Source of the DNA: Trichinella spiralis
Taxonomy: Eukaryota
Length of the DNA: 64,000 nt
Assembly: GCF_000181795.1 (NCBI RefSeq)
Contig: NW_003526941.1
Location: 9,740,605-9,804,604, forward strand
Reading direction: 5' to 3'
The translations under genes and the position numbers were made by a program. The notes under the pieces are model-generated. The model made no database searches and was not told where the DNA came from. It saw only the letters and a list, made by a program, of their open reading frames with translations. Positions 14,894 to 29,840 of this stretch are shown one piece after another; positions within the stretch are counted from its first letter, which is position 1, and each line of letters starts with the position of its first letter.

Positions 14894-15837
14894 ATTGAGA
14901 TTCGTTAATGTTTGTCACCCTATTAAATAATTAAGCAGCTTCTTTTGATGTAAATTTTCTATGATTTATTCTTCAATCAATTAAATACAGATTGTTGTAA
15001 AATAAATGTTTAACCATTGCACTGTAAATAAATATTTTCTTATCAGATATAATAATTTAAATGAAGCTTCATATCTAAAATGTTTTTCTTCAAAATGGCT
15101 TGAACACTCATTTCCCATTAATTTATCATTTCACAGATAAAATATCATTTAAACAATAAAAGTAGTGAGGAGCAATATGTCCAGTAAAATGTGATCAAAA
15201 TGGATTGTTTATTGAAGTATCATTTTAGAGAAAGAATTTTATTTCCAGAAAAAATTATATCAAACTTTTTGTATACTGAAGACAGGGAATGCTGAAAAAA
15301 CATGCATGTGGTTAATATCAGTTTCATTTTGTCATATGTACGCTTTGCAATTTCATATTATATTAACATTTATAATTATCAGATTGCTTTGAATAATAAG
15401 AATATGATTCAATTTGTTGAAAAAGTGCGTAATAACGCTCGAAAACATGTTTTTATGAAATCAAAATTAATAGAAAATTAAATAACGCATATTTCTTCTT
15501 TTTAAAGAATTTTCAATTATTCAAACAAAAAACTGACAGATATAACATTAGCAATGCTCAACGCATGCGCAAAATGATCTGTGCAATCCTTGCTAAACTA
15601 TACTAATTATGATAGAATTAATTGTTTATTACAGAAACGTTTCTCTGAAAATTGTGAATAAGATTTCGACTTAATAAACTGTTAAGAATAATAAGAAATT
15701 AAAATATGGTTCTTGTTGAACTCTTCATGCTAAAATACATTCTGTTAAATCTCACGTACATAGAGTAAATTTTAATTCTGTTTTATTCAACTAAAGTTTT
15801 CAGACATGAAATGAGTTCCGTCATCAGCCTCGTGGCT

Positions 15838-18800
15838 TCATGCGCAATTTTCTACATTCTGACCAATTACATTGAAATGACCAAAAATTGTAGCATCATC
15901 AATGCAAACCGCCATTGCTGGCTCTTTTGTTTGGCTTTTCTAAAAAAACATATTGTTCTACAATTGCTTTTCAATTATTACAAATTTACATGGTAAGGTT
16001 TGTCAATAACACAAAATTTGTTTCCAGGATCACTAATTAACCATTGAGAGACATCACTTTCAACAGAACTTGCATGACCATTGACAGCAATGGGACTGGC
16101 TACTAATTTTATATTTCTGCCCAAAATCCGACAATCACTTTTCAATATTTTATCTCTTGTTGTCCAAACTCTGATGCTTGTCTTTAATTTCTTCACAAGT
16201 ACTCTTCGGTAAATCTCTGTAATTCGTCTTTGTTGAAATTTACAAGTAATTCAGAGCAAGTTGCAATAAAAGGCGTGTTATCTTCAAACATCCGTTCAAA
16301 TACTTATGTTGAGATTATTTTAAGAAAACACGCTTTCCATTAGCAAAAATGCACTCTGTTCAATGCGTTAATTGTGATACCGTATTTCAAAATCATTCCA
16401 TATTTTTACAAAGGAATCTCTGTAATTGCTCTTTACCGCGCAGTGCTTTTCTGTACATCAAATTATTATTATTATTATTATTATTATTATGCTTATCATT
16501 TTAACAAACTTTTCTCTGTTTGCCGCATATACTATTAATGTAAAATGAAAAATGAATTATGAAGGCAAATTTATTTTACAAGCGCAAAATTCTGCGTGAT
16601 AATTGTTCTAAAAACTTAGCAGTAACACATGTGACTTACCATATTTTGATTTTTCACTTTTACTATATATTGTCACTTTCAATCCTGCACCATCTGCTGT
16701 TGAAATTTGCCGTGTCACTGTTAGCGGTGGTGTTAATCTTGATTCACCGTTAACCAATTTTTTCAGATTTGGTCGAGAATCTATCTCGGCATCTGGTATA
16801 TCATTGTGGTATATCAATGGAGTTGCAATTCTCAAGGCCATCGCTAGAAATTGCATGCATTTTATCATATGAAATTATTATTCAATTATATTTGCTTCAA
16901 ATTCTTTTTCTGTATGAAATTTTAAGCATTTGTCAAATAGTTCTGCGTAAATTTAATGTTTCTTCATACAAATGAATTTACCAATTGCATCAATTTCACT
17001 TTCTTTAATTGTCAAACAGATAAACAAATGTCCCTTCTGAATTTCTGCAGGTGGAAATACGTATCCTCTTAGCGCTTTTGGGAAACCTGGTATTGTGTGA
17101 ACAATCCATGATGCTTCGTCGTCGGCATTTGGATTCATCATTAGCACACCTATGTAAAAAGATAATTATAAAATTTTGCATTTCTTGTTTTAACGTTTGC
17201 TCTTGTTACCTTTGCTATTTGATTTCGTTTTTACTTTGGGAATATCAGGTGGAATGTTATTGTAAGCAATAAATTTGTTTGCGGCATTTGCCTCAATGAC
17301 ATGTTCAAGAGGCTTAGCAACTGCATGTCCAGCACGCCCTGTAACATCCGGAATATCTTGCCATCCAGCACCCCTGGCTATCAACGCTTTTCCCATATTT
17401 CGTGCAGGAGCTTTATACACAATAGCCCTATAGAAGATTAGCTAAGTAAATAAATTCTTTTGCAAATTGTTTTATAATTTTTATTACATTATTAGCATTA
17501 ATAATAGTTATTTATAAAAGGTAAGGGAAAAGTTTTTAGTATATTCAGAAGATATAAAAATGCTAAAAGAAACTGTCATCTTTTACAATTTTAACATATT
17601 TGAATAGGCCTATGAGCAGCGAAAAAATGTATGTAACATATGCCATTGTGTACTTCTTCATTCCATATGTTACTATCACTCTCTGTTTATCTTTTTTTTA
17701 TTTTCATTGGTATCTACCAAATGCGCATATAATGCAAATTAAATTAGTAAGAAAACTCTATTTCTTTTCCTTATTACAGACATTCAATACTTATTGCTCT
17801 TGGTTGAGTGAAACAGCGTTGTGCGTGATCATTGTATCATGTGTTGTATCAGTTCAACCATAATCCAGAATATATACAACAAAATTCATTTGAAAAATTT
17901 ATAAAAATTTCTGCATACTTTTATGTTCATAATAATCATTGTGATGATGGACCTGCCTTTGATTTCTCAATCCTGGGTTTCGTGATGATGAAACTTTCAA
18001 GTGCTAACTGTATCTCCTTACGTTTTTTTTCATGTAGAATTTCTTGATCCTGAACATCTGAAAATCCTGTCTAGCTCATTAACAGCATTCAGTTTTATGA
18101 ACTAGTCCATGATTGGTGTAATGTTGGTGATGCTGTTCTTCAGAAATTCTGCTGTTATAGTCCTCAAAAATATATCTTTTTTTGAATCAACGATTGTTAG
18201 TTTATTATCAGTGTATAACTCTGCCAGTTATTTCAACTCGTCATTGCTACGGCCTTTGTTGTGAGATAATGAACACAGCACACCAAAAATATATGACAGA
18301 ATATATTAAATCTAACAAAATTTAAATCGGTTATCGTAGATGATTGATGGAATGTATGAAATAACTCAAGAAAAATGATGTAACAAAATTGTTTCAGTGC
18401 TGTTAAAAATACTTTGCTAAATCTCTTTAGAAAAATTGAGTCACGTGACATAGCAAAAACAGCGTTATAGCGAAACCGCGTTAAGCGGGGCATGCCTGTA
18501 TATCTATTTCATAATTTCTTTGATATGAAAATTATGTATTTCTTTAACTGAAAGCATATGATTAAAAGCAACTCTTTTTTTGAAATTTGCACTACCTTGC
18601 AAATCAATGATATAAGCATTATAATTTGTGCTAGTAAAATTCTTGACCTTGAATTCAGCTCTCGGTGATTGTTTAAATTCACTTTTGTTAATGAACTGTT
18701 TTGTGTCTTCATTTCATCACTTATTCATTTTATTGTGAAACTCTATTCATCAATTAAATATAGTTTCAATTTTTGAAATAAGATACTTTATGAATATGGC

Positions 18801-19615
18801 CCTTTTAATGTTTCTATGGCAATTGAATTTTGTAGCATTGTATATAGATTTCATATAAATAGTGAATCACGTGTAAGAATTCACAATGTACCAATCCTGA
18901 ATACCGCCCATCCCTTACAGAGCATATCAAGCAAGTTCTTGTCATAAATAATATATTTACGTCGTGCAAACCTAGGAATTGATTTTTTGACTGCTGCAAT
19001 TAATTAAATAAAACAATTATATATATATTTAGAGATATGACAAGCAAGATTACAATAACTGAAATTAGTAGCATATGTTGGCATGTTCAAGATTTTTTAA
19101 ACTAAATTGCAAATTTATTACAAAATATCGCATCCTTAATTCTTAATTATTCAATGGAAATCCAAAATCATTTTCTGTTAAACTAAAATATTCACAATGA
19201 TTTGAAATTATTAAGAAAATAATAGGTCTGATTACATGATACATTTGTAATCATATTATTACAAATGTTTAGTGTCTTGTCATGGGTCCCACGGTTATTT
19301 ATTATTATTTTGCAAAAAATTCATTACGTAAACTTCATTGCACCAGAAATGCATTTTACTATTCATCAATGAAATATTTGTATGTAAAATATTGGAAGGG
19401 GTCTTTTTGCTACCACCACGAGTCCCTACGCGTATTCAGCGTCAACGTTACGAACAAGAGGAAATTATGAAAATGTCAATCCCTTACCAATCTGCTTCCG
19501 CAGCACCATTTGAATTATAACATTTTGATGTTGCTTCTAAATATCTGGGGAAACCAAGCCATAAAACAAAAATCCATCTGATGTGCGTTATAAGGCATTC
19601 TGCATTAACAAGCAT
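15838..19615 (-). CDS. Secreted DNase II-like protein, copy 2, 348 aa, six exons
   Basis: Exons 19615-19488, 17427-17210, 17149-16982, 16843-16640, 16216-15990, 15939-15838; GT-AG, open frame, same motifs as copy 1. Confidence 0.9.
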
Positions 19616-20324
19616 TTTTGGATAACGTCTGTTACCCTACTAAATTATTAATCAGCTTCTTTTGTTTTATATTTTCTGAGATTTATTCTTCGGTCAAATA
19701 AATATAGCTTGTAAACTTGAGAAATAATTGTTTATCCATTGTACTATAAACAAACATATTCTTTTATCATGTAATAATCTAAGAAAACTTGTTTAAATGT
19801 TTTTATTTGAAATGAATTTTCATTTAAATCTTTATTTCTGTAAGATATTTTATTGTTTCGTTGTTTCATTTTGAACATCATAAGTAATTTGTTTCTTACG
19901 TACATAATAATCTGGTTCAAGAGATCATAACTGTAAGATTATTTTACTTTTGTTTCTTTATGTATTAATATATTTCCTCATATTTCTATAAATAATTTCA
20001 GCTACTTTATTTTGTTTTTGTAATATATCTGGGAATATCATGTAAATTCTTTTTTTTTCTATTTCCCTCTTCGCTCTTGTCAATTAGGAAAATCTCAATT
20101 TGTTTAACCTACCAAGGAAAGTTTATGCGACCTACGCCATTGCTAGACGCACCTGTTTAAGCAGCTAACACCGCCAGAGTTTCCTTGCTAATTTATTTAA
20201 AATTCGAAATTGCAGGCATTTTCAGAATTGAATGCAGAAGGAAAATATGCTCTGCCAATAAATGATTATTCTTTCTTTATGGTAATTATGCATTTCTTAT
20301 ATTAAGGTGTTGAATGCTGTAAAG

Positions 20325-20773
20325 TAGTGATTCTCAAAGTGGGTCATATCGCCCCCTTGGGGGCAGTGGGAAGTAAAGAGGCACTAGGGGGCGCGTGAAC
20401 ACAATATGTTTCATGTTTTGTGTTCATAATGATATTTGTTCAGCAGTTGCTTTAAGAATATTTATTAATTTTTGTGAGTTTAATGTAATGTGACTCTCTG
20501 CAATCTGTCTTCTTCATCTTCTTCGCTCATAGCACTTACGACTGTTTCTTACCAACATTGAACCCAATGTAGACAGATTAGTCGCAACGCACTAAGCCCA
20601 TTCGTCACATTAATTATTTCCTCACTATATGATTATTTTTGAAAAAAACCCTCGATTTGAATCAATAGCCTATTTAAAAATTCATCATTTTTGGCAATAA
20701 TTTATGGAGGGGGCGTTTGAAAAATATACGCCTCTTAAGGGGGCAATAGCCTGAAAATTTTTGGGAAACACTG
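20325..20773 (+). mobile_element. Internally deleted Buster/Charlie-type hAT element (449 bp)
   Basis: 8-bp TSD CTGTAAAG at 20317-20324 and 20774-20781. Imperfect TIRs TAGTGATTCTCAAA / TTTGGGAAACACTG. Internal RLFLTNIEPNVDRLVATH*AHSSH* (~20538-20613) resembles the Buster transposase C-terminus. Confidence 0.85.
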
Positions 20774-20897
20774 CTGTAAAGTCTCTATTCTTTGCTCACA
20801 AACAACTCTTACTTTTAAATTTATAATGAAATTGAAACATTCGCGTTGAAGCGAAAACAACAGTGAAATTTTGATTCATACAATACCAAAAATTTAC

Positions 20898-21135
20898 ATG
20901 GTAAGGTTTGTAAATTTGTTTCCTAGTTCACTAATTAATCATTGAGAGACATCGCTTTCAAGAGAACTTGCATTACCATTGACAGCAATGGGACTTGTTA
21001 CTAATTTTATATTTCTGCCCAAAATCTGACAATCACTTTTTAATGTTTTTCAATGTTTCAAAGTTTTATTTCTTGCTGTCCAAACTTTGATGTTTGTCTT
21101 TAATTTCTTCCAAATTACTCTTCGATAAACCTTTG
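20898..21135 (-). pseudogene. Degenerate DNase II-like exon 5 fragment
   Basis: Clear similarity to exon 5 (SDCQILGRNIKLVTSPIAVNGNASSLESDVSQ) with indels; exons 2-4 and 6 are absent. Confidence 0.8.
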
Positions 21136-21820
21136 CAATTTGTTTTTTTGAAATTTACTTGAAATTATATGCAGTATTTTTGTGTATGCGTTCAGTTGTA
21201 GGACATCATTATACTTCAGTTTTTCTCTTCGAACTGCCTTGCTTTATTGCTTGATTCAAATTAAATATAATTTGCATTCTTTTAATAAAATTATTGATTT
21301 ACAGTATAACATTTTGCAAATTGTCATGGGAATGAAAATTGTGAAAGATAAGAGTTTTATATTAGTGTTGAAATCATTTTTACACATGTATATTAACACC
21401 ATTTATTTATGAGCATTAAACAATGTTGCATTTAAAATACATCAACAAATACGTTGCAGCAAATGTGCTCTCCTTTTGCAAACATACTATCCTTGGATTT
21501 ATTCATCGTCTGACAAAGCATGTCAAGCATATTTTTTTCTAAAATATCTCTAAATTATTACAATTTCATCAGGAGATACTTGCGGGCTGATATTATAAAT
21601 GCTTAATGCGTACCACTGCTGATGTTCCTGCTGTTTATTATTATGCAACGAAAATTTTATTCTGTGAACATTAGGTGCAAAAGAAATATATTTCATCATT
21701 CATCAATAAAGTACATTTCAGTAAGCTTTTGAAAGTGATCTCTTTGCCTTCACGAAGATACACTACGCATATTCTGTATCAACGTTTAGGGCAAACAGAA
21801 AGTTAAAAAATAATTCTTAC

Positions 21821-21948
21821 CAATCTGCTGGCGCAGCACCATTCAAATCATGACATTTTGATGTAGCTACTGAATATCTTGGAAAAGTGAAGCATAAAAC
21901 AAAAATCCATTCAATCTGCATTATAAAGCGATCCGCATTAACGAGCAT
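21821..21948 (-). other. Intact DNase II-like exon 1 whose own gene body is largely deleted
   Basis: 128 bp, MLVNADRFIMQIEWIFVLCFTFPRYSVATSKCHDLNGAAPAD-W, GTAAG donor. Downstream there is only the exon-5 remnant, then exon 1 of copy 2. Confidence 0.8.
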
Positions 21949-22893
21949 CTTGAGATTTGTTAATGTTTGTTACCCAATCAAATCATTAAGCAGCTTCTTT
22001 TGTTATTGTGAATGCTCTAAGATGTATTCTTCGATCAAATAAATACAGATTGCAAACTTCAAAAATAAATGTTTCTCCACTGCACTGCAAATAAATATTT
22101 TCTTTTAAAATATAGTAATTTAAATAAAGCTTCATATCTAAAATGTTATTCTTTAAAGTGAATTGAACACTTATTTTCTATTAATTTATCATTTTATACA
22201 TAAAATATCATTTAAACAATAAAAGTAGTAAGGAGCAATATGTCGAGTAAATTGTGATCAAAATGGATTGTTTACTGAAATATTATTTTAGGGGAAGAAA
22301 TTTATTTCCAAAAAAAATTATGCAAAATTTATTGTTTACTAAAGAGAGTGAAGGCCGAAAAAACATGCATATGGTTAATAACAGTTTCATTTTGCAAAAT
22401 GAACGCTTTACAACAGGTATTCCCCTGCTTAAATATTATCAAATTGCTTTGAATAATAAGAATATGATTGCGGTTGTTGGAAAATGCGCAGTAACACACG
22501 GAAATATGTTTCTATGAAATTAAAATTAATAGACAATTAAATAACGTTCATATCTTCTATATAAAGAATTTGCAGTTATTCAAACGGAAAACTGGCACAT
22601 ATAACATTAGTAATAATCAGTGCATACGCAAACTGATGTGTTCAATCTTCGCAAAATTATTCTAATTATCATAGAATTGTTCCTAACAGATACGTTGCTT
22701 TGAACATTGTGAATGAGTTTCAAATTTAATAAACTATTTAAGAAAACAAAAAATTCAAGTATGGTTCTTGCTGAACATGTCATGTTGAAATATATTTTGC
22801 TAAATTTCAGGTGCACGGAGTAAATTTTATTTCTGTTTTATTCAATTAGAGGTTTTCAGACACAAAATGAGTTCCGTCATCAGTCTTATGGCT

Positions 22894-25800
22894 TCATGAG
22901 CAATTTTCTACATTCTGACCAATTAGATTAAAATGACCAAAAATTGTAGCATCATCAATGCAAACTGCCATTGCTGGCTCTTTTGTTTGGCTTTTCTAAA
23001 AAACATATTGTTCTACAATTGCTTTTCAATTATTACAAATTTACATGGTAAGGTTTGTCAATTGCACAAAATTTGTTTCCAGGATCACTAATTAACCATT
23101 GAGAAACATCACTATCAAGAGAACTTGCATGACCATTAACATCAATGGGACTTGCCACTAATTTTATATTTCTGTTCAAAATCCGACAATCACTTTTCAA
23201 TGTTTTATCTCTTGTTGTCCAAACTTTGATGCTTGTCTTTAATTTCTTCACAAGTACTCTTCGGTAAATCTCTGTAATTAGTTTTTTTTAAAGTTACATT
23301 AAATTCAGAGCAAATTGCAATAAAAGATGTGCTATTTATTCATTCAAATGCATATGATGAGATTATTTTAAAAATGCACGCCTTTCAACTGTAAAAATGC
23401 ATTCTGTTCATTGCGTCGAGTGTAATAGCGTTTTTCAAAATCATTCTATATTTCTGTAAAAAAATTCTGCATTTTATTTTCACCGTATAACGTGTTTCTC
23501 TGAATGAAATTATTATTATGACTATAATTTCAACAAACTTATTTCTGTCTGCCGCATATACTACTACTGTAAAATAAAAAATGAATTATGAAAGCAGATT
23601 TATTTTATCAGAGCAAAATTTTGCCAGATGTTTCTTCTGAAAATTTAGCAGTAACACATGTGACTTACCATATTTTGATTTCTCACTTTTACTATATATT
23701 GTCACTTTCAATCCTGCAGCATCTGCTGTTGAAATTTGCCGGGTCACTGTTAGCGGTGGTGTTAATCTTGATTCACCATTAACCAATTTTTTGAGATTTG
23801 GTCGAGAATTTATCTGAGCATCTGGTATATCATTGTGATATATCAGTGGAGTTGCAATTCTCAAGGCCATCGCTGGAAATTGCATGGATTTTATTATATT
23901 TAATTATTATTCAGATATATTTGCTTCATATTCTTTTTCTGTATGAAATGTCAAACATCTGACAAATAGTTAGTTCTACGTAAATTTAATGATTTTTATA
24001 CAAATAAATTTACCAATTGCTTCAATTTCACTTCCCTTAATTGTCAAACAGATAAACAAATGTCCTTTCTGAATTTCTGCAGGTGGAAATACGTATCCTC
24101 TTAGCGCTTTTGGGAAACCTGGTACTGTGTGAACAATCCATGATGCTTCATCTGCATTTCCCGGATTTATCATTAAAACACCTACGTAAAATGGTGATTA
24201 TATGATTTGTAATTTATTGTTTTAACATTTCTTGTTGTTACCTTTGCTGTTTGATTTCGTTTTTACTTTGGGAATATCAGGTGGAATGTTATTGTATGCA
24301 ATAAATTTGTTTGCTGGATTTACTGCGATAACATGTTCAAGTGATTTAACAACTGCATGATTATTAGCCTGGGTAAGATCCGGAGTATTTTGCCATGCAA
24401 TGGGAGCACGTCCTGCAATTAATGCCTTTCCTATATTTTGAGCTGGAGCTTTGTATACAACAACCCTATATAGGAAAATTGACAAGTTGGTGAATTCTTT
24501 TGTTAATCCTTTCATAATTTACATTTATTTACAATTAGTAAATGTTATTTATGAAACTTAATGCAGCAAAAGTTTTGTTTATTAAGAAGATGTAAAATTA
24601 ACTTTTCAGAAGAACATTTCAACTATTACTCAAGACACGTTTTTCTTTTACATAACTGAGCAAAATTGTATCAGCAACACAAAAATGTATTTCATATTTG
24701 CTGCTACTGTACGCTAATCAATTCAGTAAAGTAATATTGCTGCTGTTTACTTGCTAGATATTTTTACCTGGATCTAGGAAACGTGCATGTAAAACAAATA
24801 AATGAATTAAAAATCCACTATTTCTTTTCATTACTGTATGTATTTCATAAATTTTTTATTTTATATATACTTCCATAAATGAAAAATTGTTTATTAAAAA
24901 CAACTTTTTTTGTTTAAAATTTGCAATAGTATGCACGTCAAGGATGATGACATACTAATTTGTGCGTGTGGAAATTCAGGTATTCTTGATCATGAATCTA
25001 CATGTAGGTGATGATTTCAATTCAGTAATCCTATTGAACTGCTCTATTTCTTTATTTCAGTCAAATTAAATGTAATTTGAAATTTCGAAATAAAACACTC
25101 TTCTAATGTGGTGTTTTGATGTGGCTTTGTTAATTTAATTTTGTAACGTTTCACGTTGATTTTTTTAATATTAAAACCCTGTGAAATAGTATGTACTATC
25201 AATTTCATAATGTATTATTACTGAATGTTACTAAGGATATCAAGCAGATTATTATTTTAAATAATATCTTTACGTTGTACAAAGATCTGAACTGATTTTT
25301 AACAAAGTTACAAATAAAATAACAAAACACATTTGTGTATAATTATAGATATGCCAAGCAACATTAAAATAGTTTCAATTAAAGAATTCACATATATTGA
25401 CATGTTCAATATTTTTCAAACTAATTTGCAAATTTATTGCATGATGTTGCAGCCTTAATTCATAATTATTCAATGGAAATTCAAAATCATTTTCTATTAA
25501 AATAAAATATTCACAATGATTTGAAATGCTTGGGAAAATAATGGATATGATTACATGGTAGAATTATGATGATATCATTACAAATGTTTGGTGTCCTGCG
25601 TTAGATAGCTTCTACTGTTATTCATTGTGCCACAGAAAATTCATTGCGTCAACTCTATTGCACCAGCAACGCATTTTATTATTTATCAATATCATACATT
25701 CCACTAAAGTTTTGAAAGTTGTCTCTTTGCCTCCAAAAATACACGCTGTATTTCTCATATTCTGCATCAACACTTAGGGCATACAGAAAGTTAAAAAATA

Positions 25801-25936
25801 ATTCTTACCAATCTGCTGGCGCAGCACCATTCAAATCATGACATTTTGATGTAGCTACTGAATATCTCGGAAAAATGAAGCATAAAACAAAAATCCACCC
25901 AATGTGCATAATACAGCATTCTTTATCAGCATGCAT
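22894..25936 (-). CDS. Secreted DNase II-like protein, copy 3, 350 aa, six exons
   Basis: Exons 25936-25809, 24465-24242, 24181-24014, 23872-23669, 23271-23045, 22995-22894; GT-AG, open frame. Confidence 0.9.
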
Positions 25937-27737
25937 CTTGACATTCGTTAATGTTTGTTAACCTATTAATCATTCAACAGCTGCTCTTGTTGTCGTAAAT
26001 TTTCTGAAATCATTCAAATAAATATTGCTTGTAATCTTGAAAAATAAATATTTATCCGCCACATTGTAAATAAAAATTTTTTTAGCATTTGATAATTAAA
26101 ATGCTAAGATTTTGTGCCTTGATTTTATTCAAATTACATATAATTTCAACTTTGAAATAAGATGCTGTATTAATCTGACCCTTTTAATGTTGCTATAGCA
26201 ATTAAATTATGAATTATAAAAAAACCATCAAAAATGCTCGACACGTATAAGTATTACTTTTGTCGATCAGAGAACGTAAATCTTGGTAATATGTGACAAA
26301 AAGTCGACATATAAGGATTTATGTGAGATTTTATTTCGGAGTAAATGTCGAAGCACTGCCTATCCCGTTCTGCGTGAAGACGAGCATTGCATTTTTTTGC
26401 ACGTTCTGTGCGTTTCATATGCATACTTCACAACGTCCCTTTGGTCCTGTACAAAGAATGCATCGAACCGAATGACGGGTGACTGCAACAGAAAACTGCT
26501 ACTGCTCCTAATGGTGCACTTCCATCTGACTGCGGCAATATGGCGACGAAATTTCAGCTAACTGAGTGCACTTTTTTGATAAAACAGTAAATACGCCAAG
26601 CTGCCACGGTCGCTACGTTCAGCGCCTTGATGAAGAAACAAAAGCTAATATCATTTTTTGCCTATTATGATTGGGCGATAGGCTTATATATATGGCAATA
26701 GCGTCTTTTGCTGCCTCCAATACTTTTACTTGTTCACGTATTCTTTCTTCTAATGAATCTTTGTCCGCCACTGACGAAGGTTTCGAAGCATCACTTCTGT
26801 TTTACCCATCGTCGTATTTTCCTCTTTACTCCTACGCAACCGCTTTATTGCAAAGATAGATAAGCAATCTAGAGAAACTGTGATGTGGCTTGAAAGCACT
26901 CCTCTTACTCAAATAACAGTTCATCTTGCACAAATATATAAGCATTTTCAAATAATTCTGCGATACATAGGGGGGGGGTAATTTGTCTTAGAGGATAAAG
27001 AGAAGCGAATGTTGATTTCCGTCAAGTGTTCTATACATGGCGTAAACAATTACTTTCCAGTGCAGGATGTTCACAGATTTTGGTATTTGGGTGTGGTATG
27101 ATTCCAGCAGTCAGTTGGACATAGCTGAACAACTGCTCACACCCATGCTAGAAGAGTGGCTTTAACAAAACTTGGTCAGAAAGCAGTCGAGTAGTCAACA
27201 CAGTCATTGTTGTAGACAAAATATTCCCTAACCTATTTGTTGCCGTTTTATGTCGAGAACAGCCTAATGTTTAGTAAATGGAACATCAATGTTTTTAATC
27301 AGTTATTAATATCAAAACGTAAGAATATATATATGTGCTACAAGAATGCGTGCCTTGAAATTAATTATGCACAGTGGATATTAAACTGCTAACGAAGAAT
27401 TAGAACTGCATCAAAAAGTCAATTTTTGCCAATTTCATTGATTAATAAAAACATAATGATATATCTAAAAATAAATTCGCTAAAGCGTTTTTATAAATAT
27501 ACCATCTGAAGAATGTATATGCAAAAATATAAACAAAAACATTGGTATGAAAGTAGTGTTAGGTGTTCTCAAAGTTTTGTTTTATTTAATAAACATTGGG
27601 CAGATGAAGGTTAATAATGACACACAATAAGCGAAGAAAGCATTTGTGATTGCTTAGAAGTTGTTTTGAATGGATTTTAAACGCTGTGCAATTTTTATTG
27701 TGAAACACTATAAACTATTTCAGGTAGNNNNNNNNNN

Positions 27738-28106
27738 AAAGTAAATGCATTCTTGTGTGACGTTCGCCCATTTATTCTGTGCTTCTCGAAATGTCTTTTT
27801 TTCTCCACCATGACCAATCTTTTGATGAACATCATTGATAACATCAAACATTTCTTCAATAGAGGCGATGCATCTTATTACCTCATTCTTGCCCAAGCGA
27901 ATTAGTTTATTTTCTTCGCCGATTTTTAAAACTCCATACCGATTTTTTAAATTATAATCACGAGCAGATTTTGGACCATCTGACTGGATTCGCAAAATGT
28001 CAGTAATCATTTGATCTCGCTGTGAAGTTGGAAAAATCGTTCCATTCTGTCCTTTTTCTTTGATCAGAGCACGGAGCTTTTCTTCAAACACAGCCTTTCT
28101 ATCCAT
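27738..28106 (-). mobile_element. N-terminal part of a Ginger2/KRBA2-like DDE integrase ORF
   Basis: MDRKAVFEEK...IEEMFDVINDVHQKIGHGGEKKTF (HH of the HHCC zinc finger). 27750-27962 overlaps 41240-41452 almost exactly. Confidence 0.8.
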
Positions 28107-29840
28107 CAGAACTTCAACAAATGAGGAAATGGTTGAATGTTACTTCCTGATTATACGTATAATCATGCTCCAACGATTTGTAGCTGAACTTGTTGCTACT
28201 ATATTTGATGTGGACTTCCGGGTTTGATGTCAGAAAAGTGGATAATATGTCTGCAAAATTTGAAATGTGGTGCCAACACTTTTAATTAATCCACAAATGG
28301 CACCAATACTTACGCTAAAGACTGCGATGCTGAATGCCCATTGAAATAAAAAAAATTTTAATCGTGTCCTTTGATTTGGTGCCGTTCAATTTTTTATGCT
28401 GGCATCATCAAATGGTTTATATGGAATTTTATCAAAAGCGTCTATTTCTATTTCTATTTGTAACGATTGAAGAAAACTGTTCTAAGAAGTGTCAACTAAC
28501 AGTGATAGCTGCTTGGCGACTTCCTTGTGAACTTCATGATGCTGACAGAACAGCGATGACAAATTTCGCATTTAGAAGGGATAGTACAGCTCATCTCCTG
28601 CGAGCAAGACCGCTGCAGATCTTAAGGCCTAAACGTAATGATATTTGCACGTAGCCATTTGCCAAGCAGTTTGCCAAGCTCACGTGGACATTTCCTGCAT
28701 TCAAGTACGCAGGGTCGTTGCACAGTTCACAAAAAAAACTGCAGAAATTAGTGTGTTCAGTGTGGCAAACGGCTTCACCAGATAGGTTTCCTAATATATC
28801 ATCAGCAGCTCAATATCATGATAGCAGACACTGCAGTGTACAATANNNNNNNNNNNNNNNNNNNNNNNNNNNNNNNNNNNNNNNNNNNNNNNNNNNNNNN
28901 NNNNNNNNNNNNNNNNNNNNNNNNNNNNNNNNNNNNNNNNNNNNNNNNNNNNNNNNNNNNNNNNNNNNNNNNNNNNNNNNNNNNNNNNNNNNNNTCATCA
29001 AATTCAGAAACAAATTAATAGGAAGCAAACTTTTGAACAAGGCCTTAAAATGCTCAATATTATACACGCAATAAACCAAGTCAGTTTAAATTAAAGTAAA
29101 GCGAATTTCTTAGATCTGATCAGCAGTTCTATGAATATAATTATGCACAAAAATGAAACCACAAGCAAATTTGTTAATAAACTTATAATTTCAAGGTGCT
29201 AGTCAGCTTTTAAATGTATAATTTAGCTACTACTAATATACATATAGAAGATAAGCAGTAAAGCATAGAATAAAAAAGTGACCATTAAAAAGAAACCAAA
29301 ATTTGACAAATAGAATGCATGAAAATGACAACCAGTAAAATTGAGATTTCCAACAGCGAGTAAAATTCATCGCAACAACATCTAATGAAATTTAGCCGCC
29401 GTGTAAACCAATAAAATTCAAAGCCAATCAGAGTTCTACGCAAAATATACAACCAATCAAAGTGTGAAGCGGCATGTCTTTGATGAATACTCAGGGTCTA
29501 CCCCAGATAAAAATTGACTCTCATTTTTTTAAAATAGAAACTTGTTGTTATACATTTTGTGTAAATTGTATTAAATTTGTTTTTCAATATTTCAACTGAA
29601 CCGTCTACTGAGATGACGTAACATTCAAGTTGCTATTCTTGTATTGAAATGATAACCAAATGTTCATCATTCCAGATCATGAAGTTTCTGTTAGATTTCG
29701 AAATCATTTTTTCAAACAAAACTTGAAAGCGAACAAAATTATTTTTTATCTCAAGTTCACTCCGTCATGGGTAGGAACGTTATCTTCCTCTAGCACTGCA
29801 TATATTCTGCCAAAATATATATATGATTATTGCTGATTAT

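Noticed and set aside
28995..29273. Real segmental duplication with 44165-44444
   Set aside because: Both copies abut N gaps and differ only in homopolymer length; better explained as a contig overlap.
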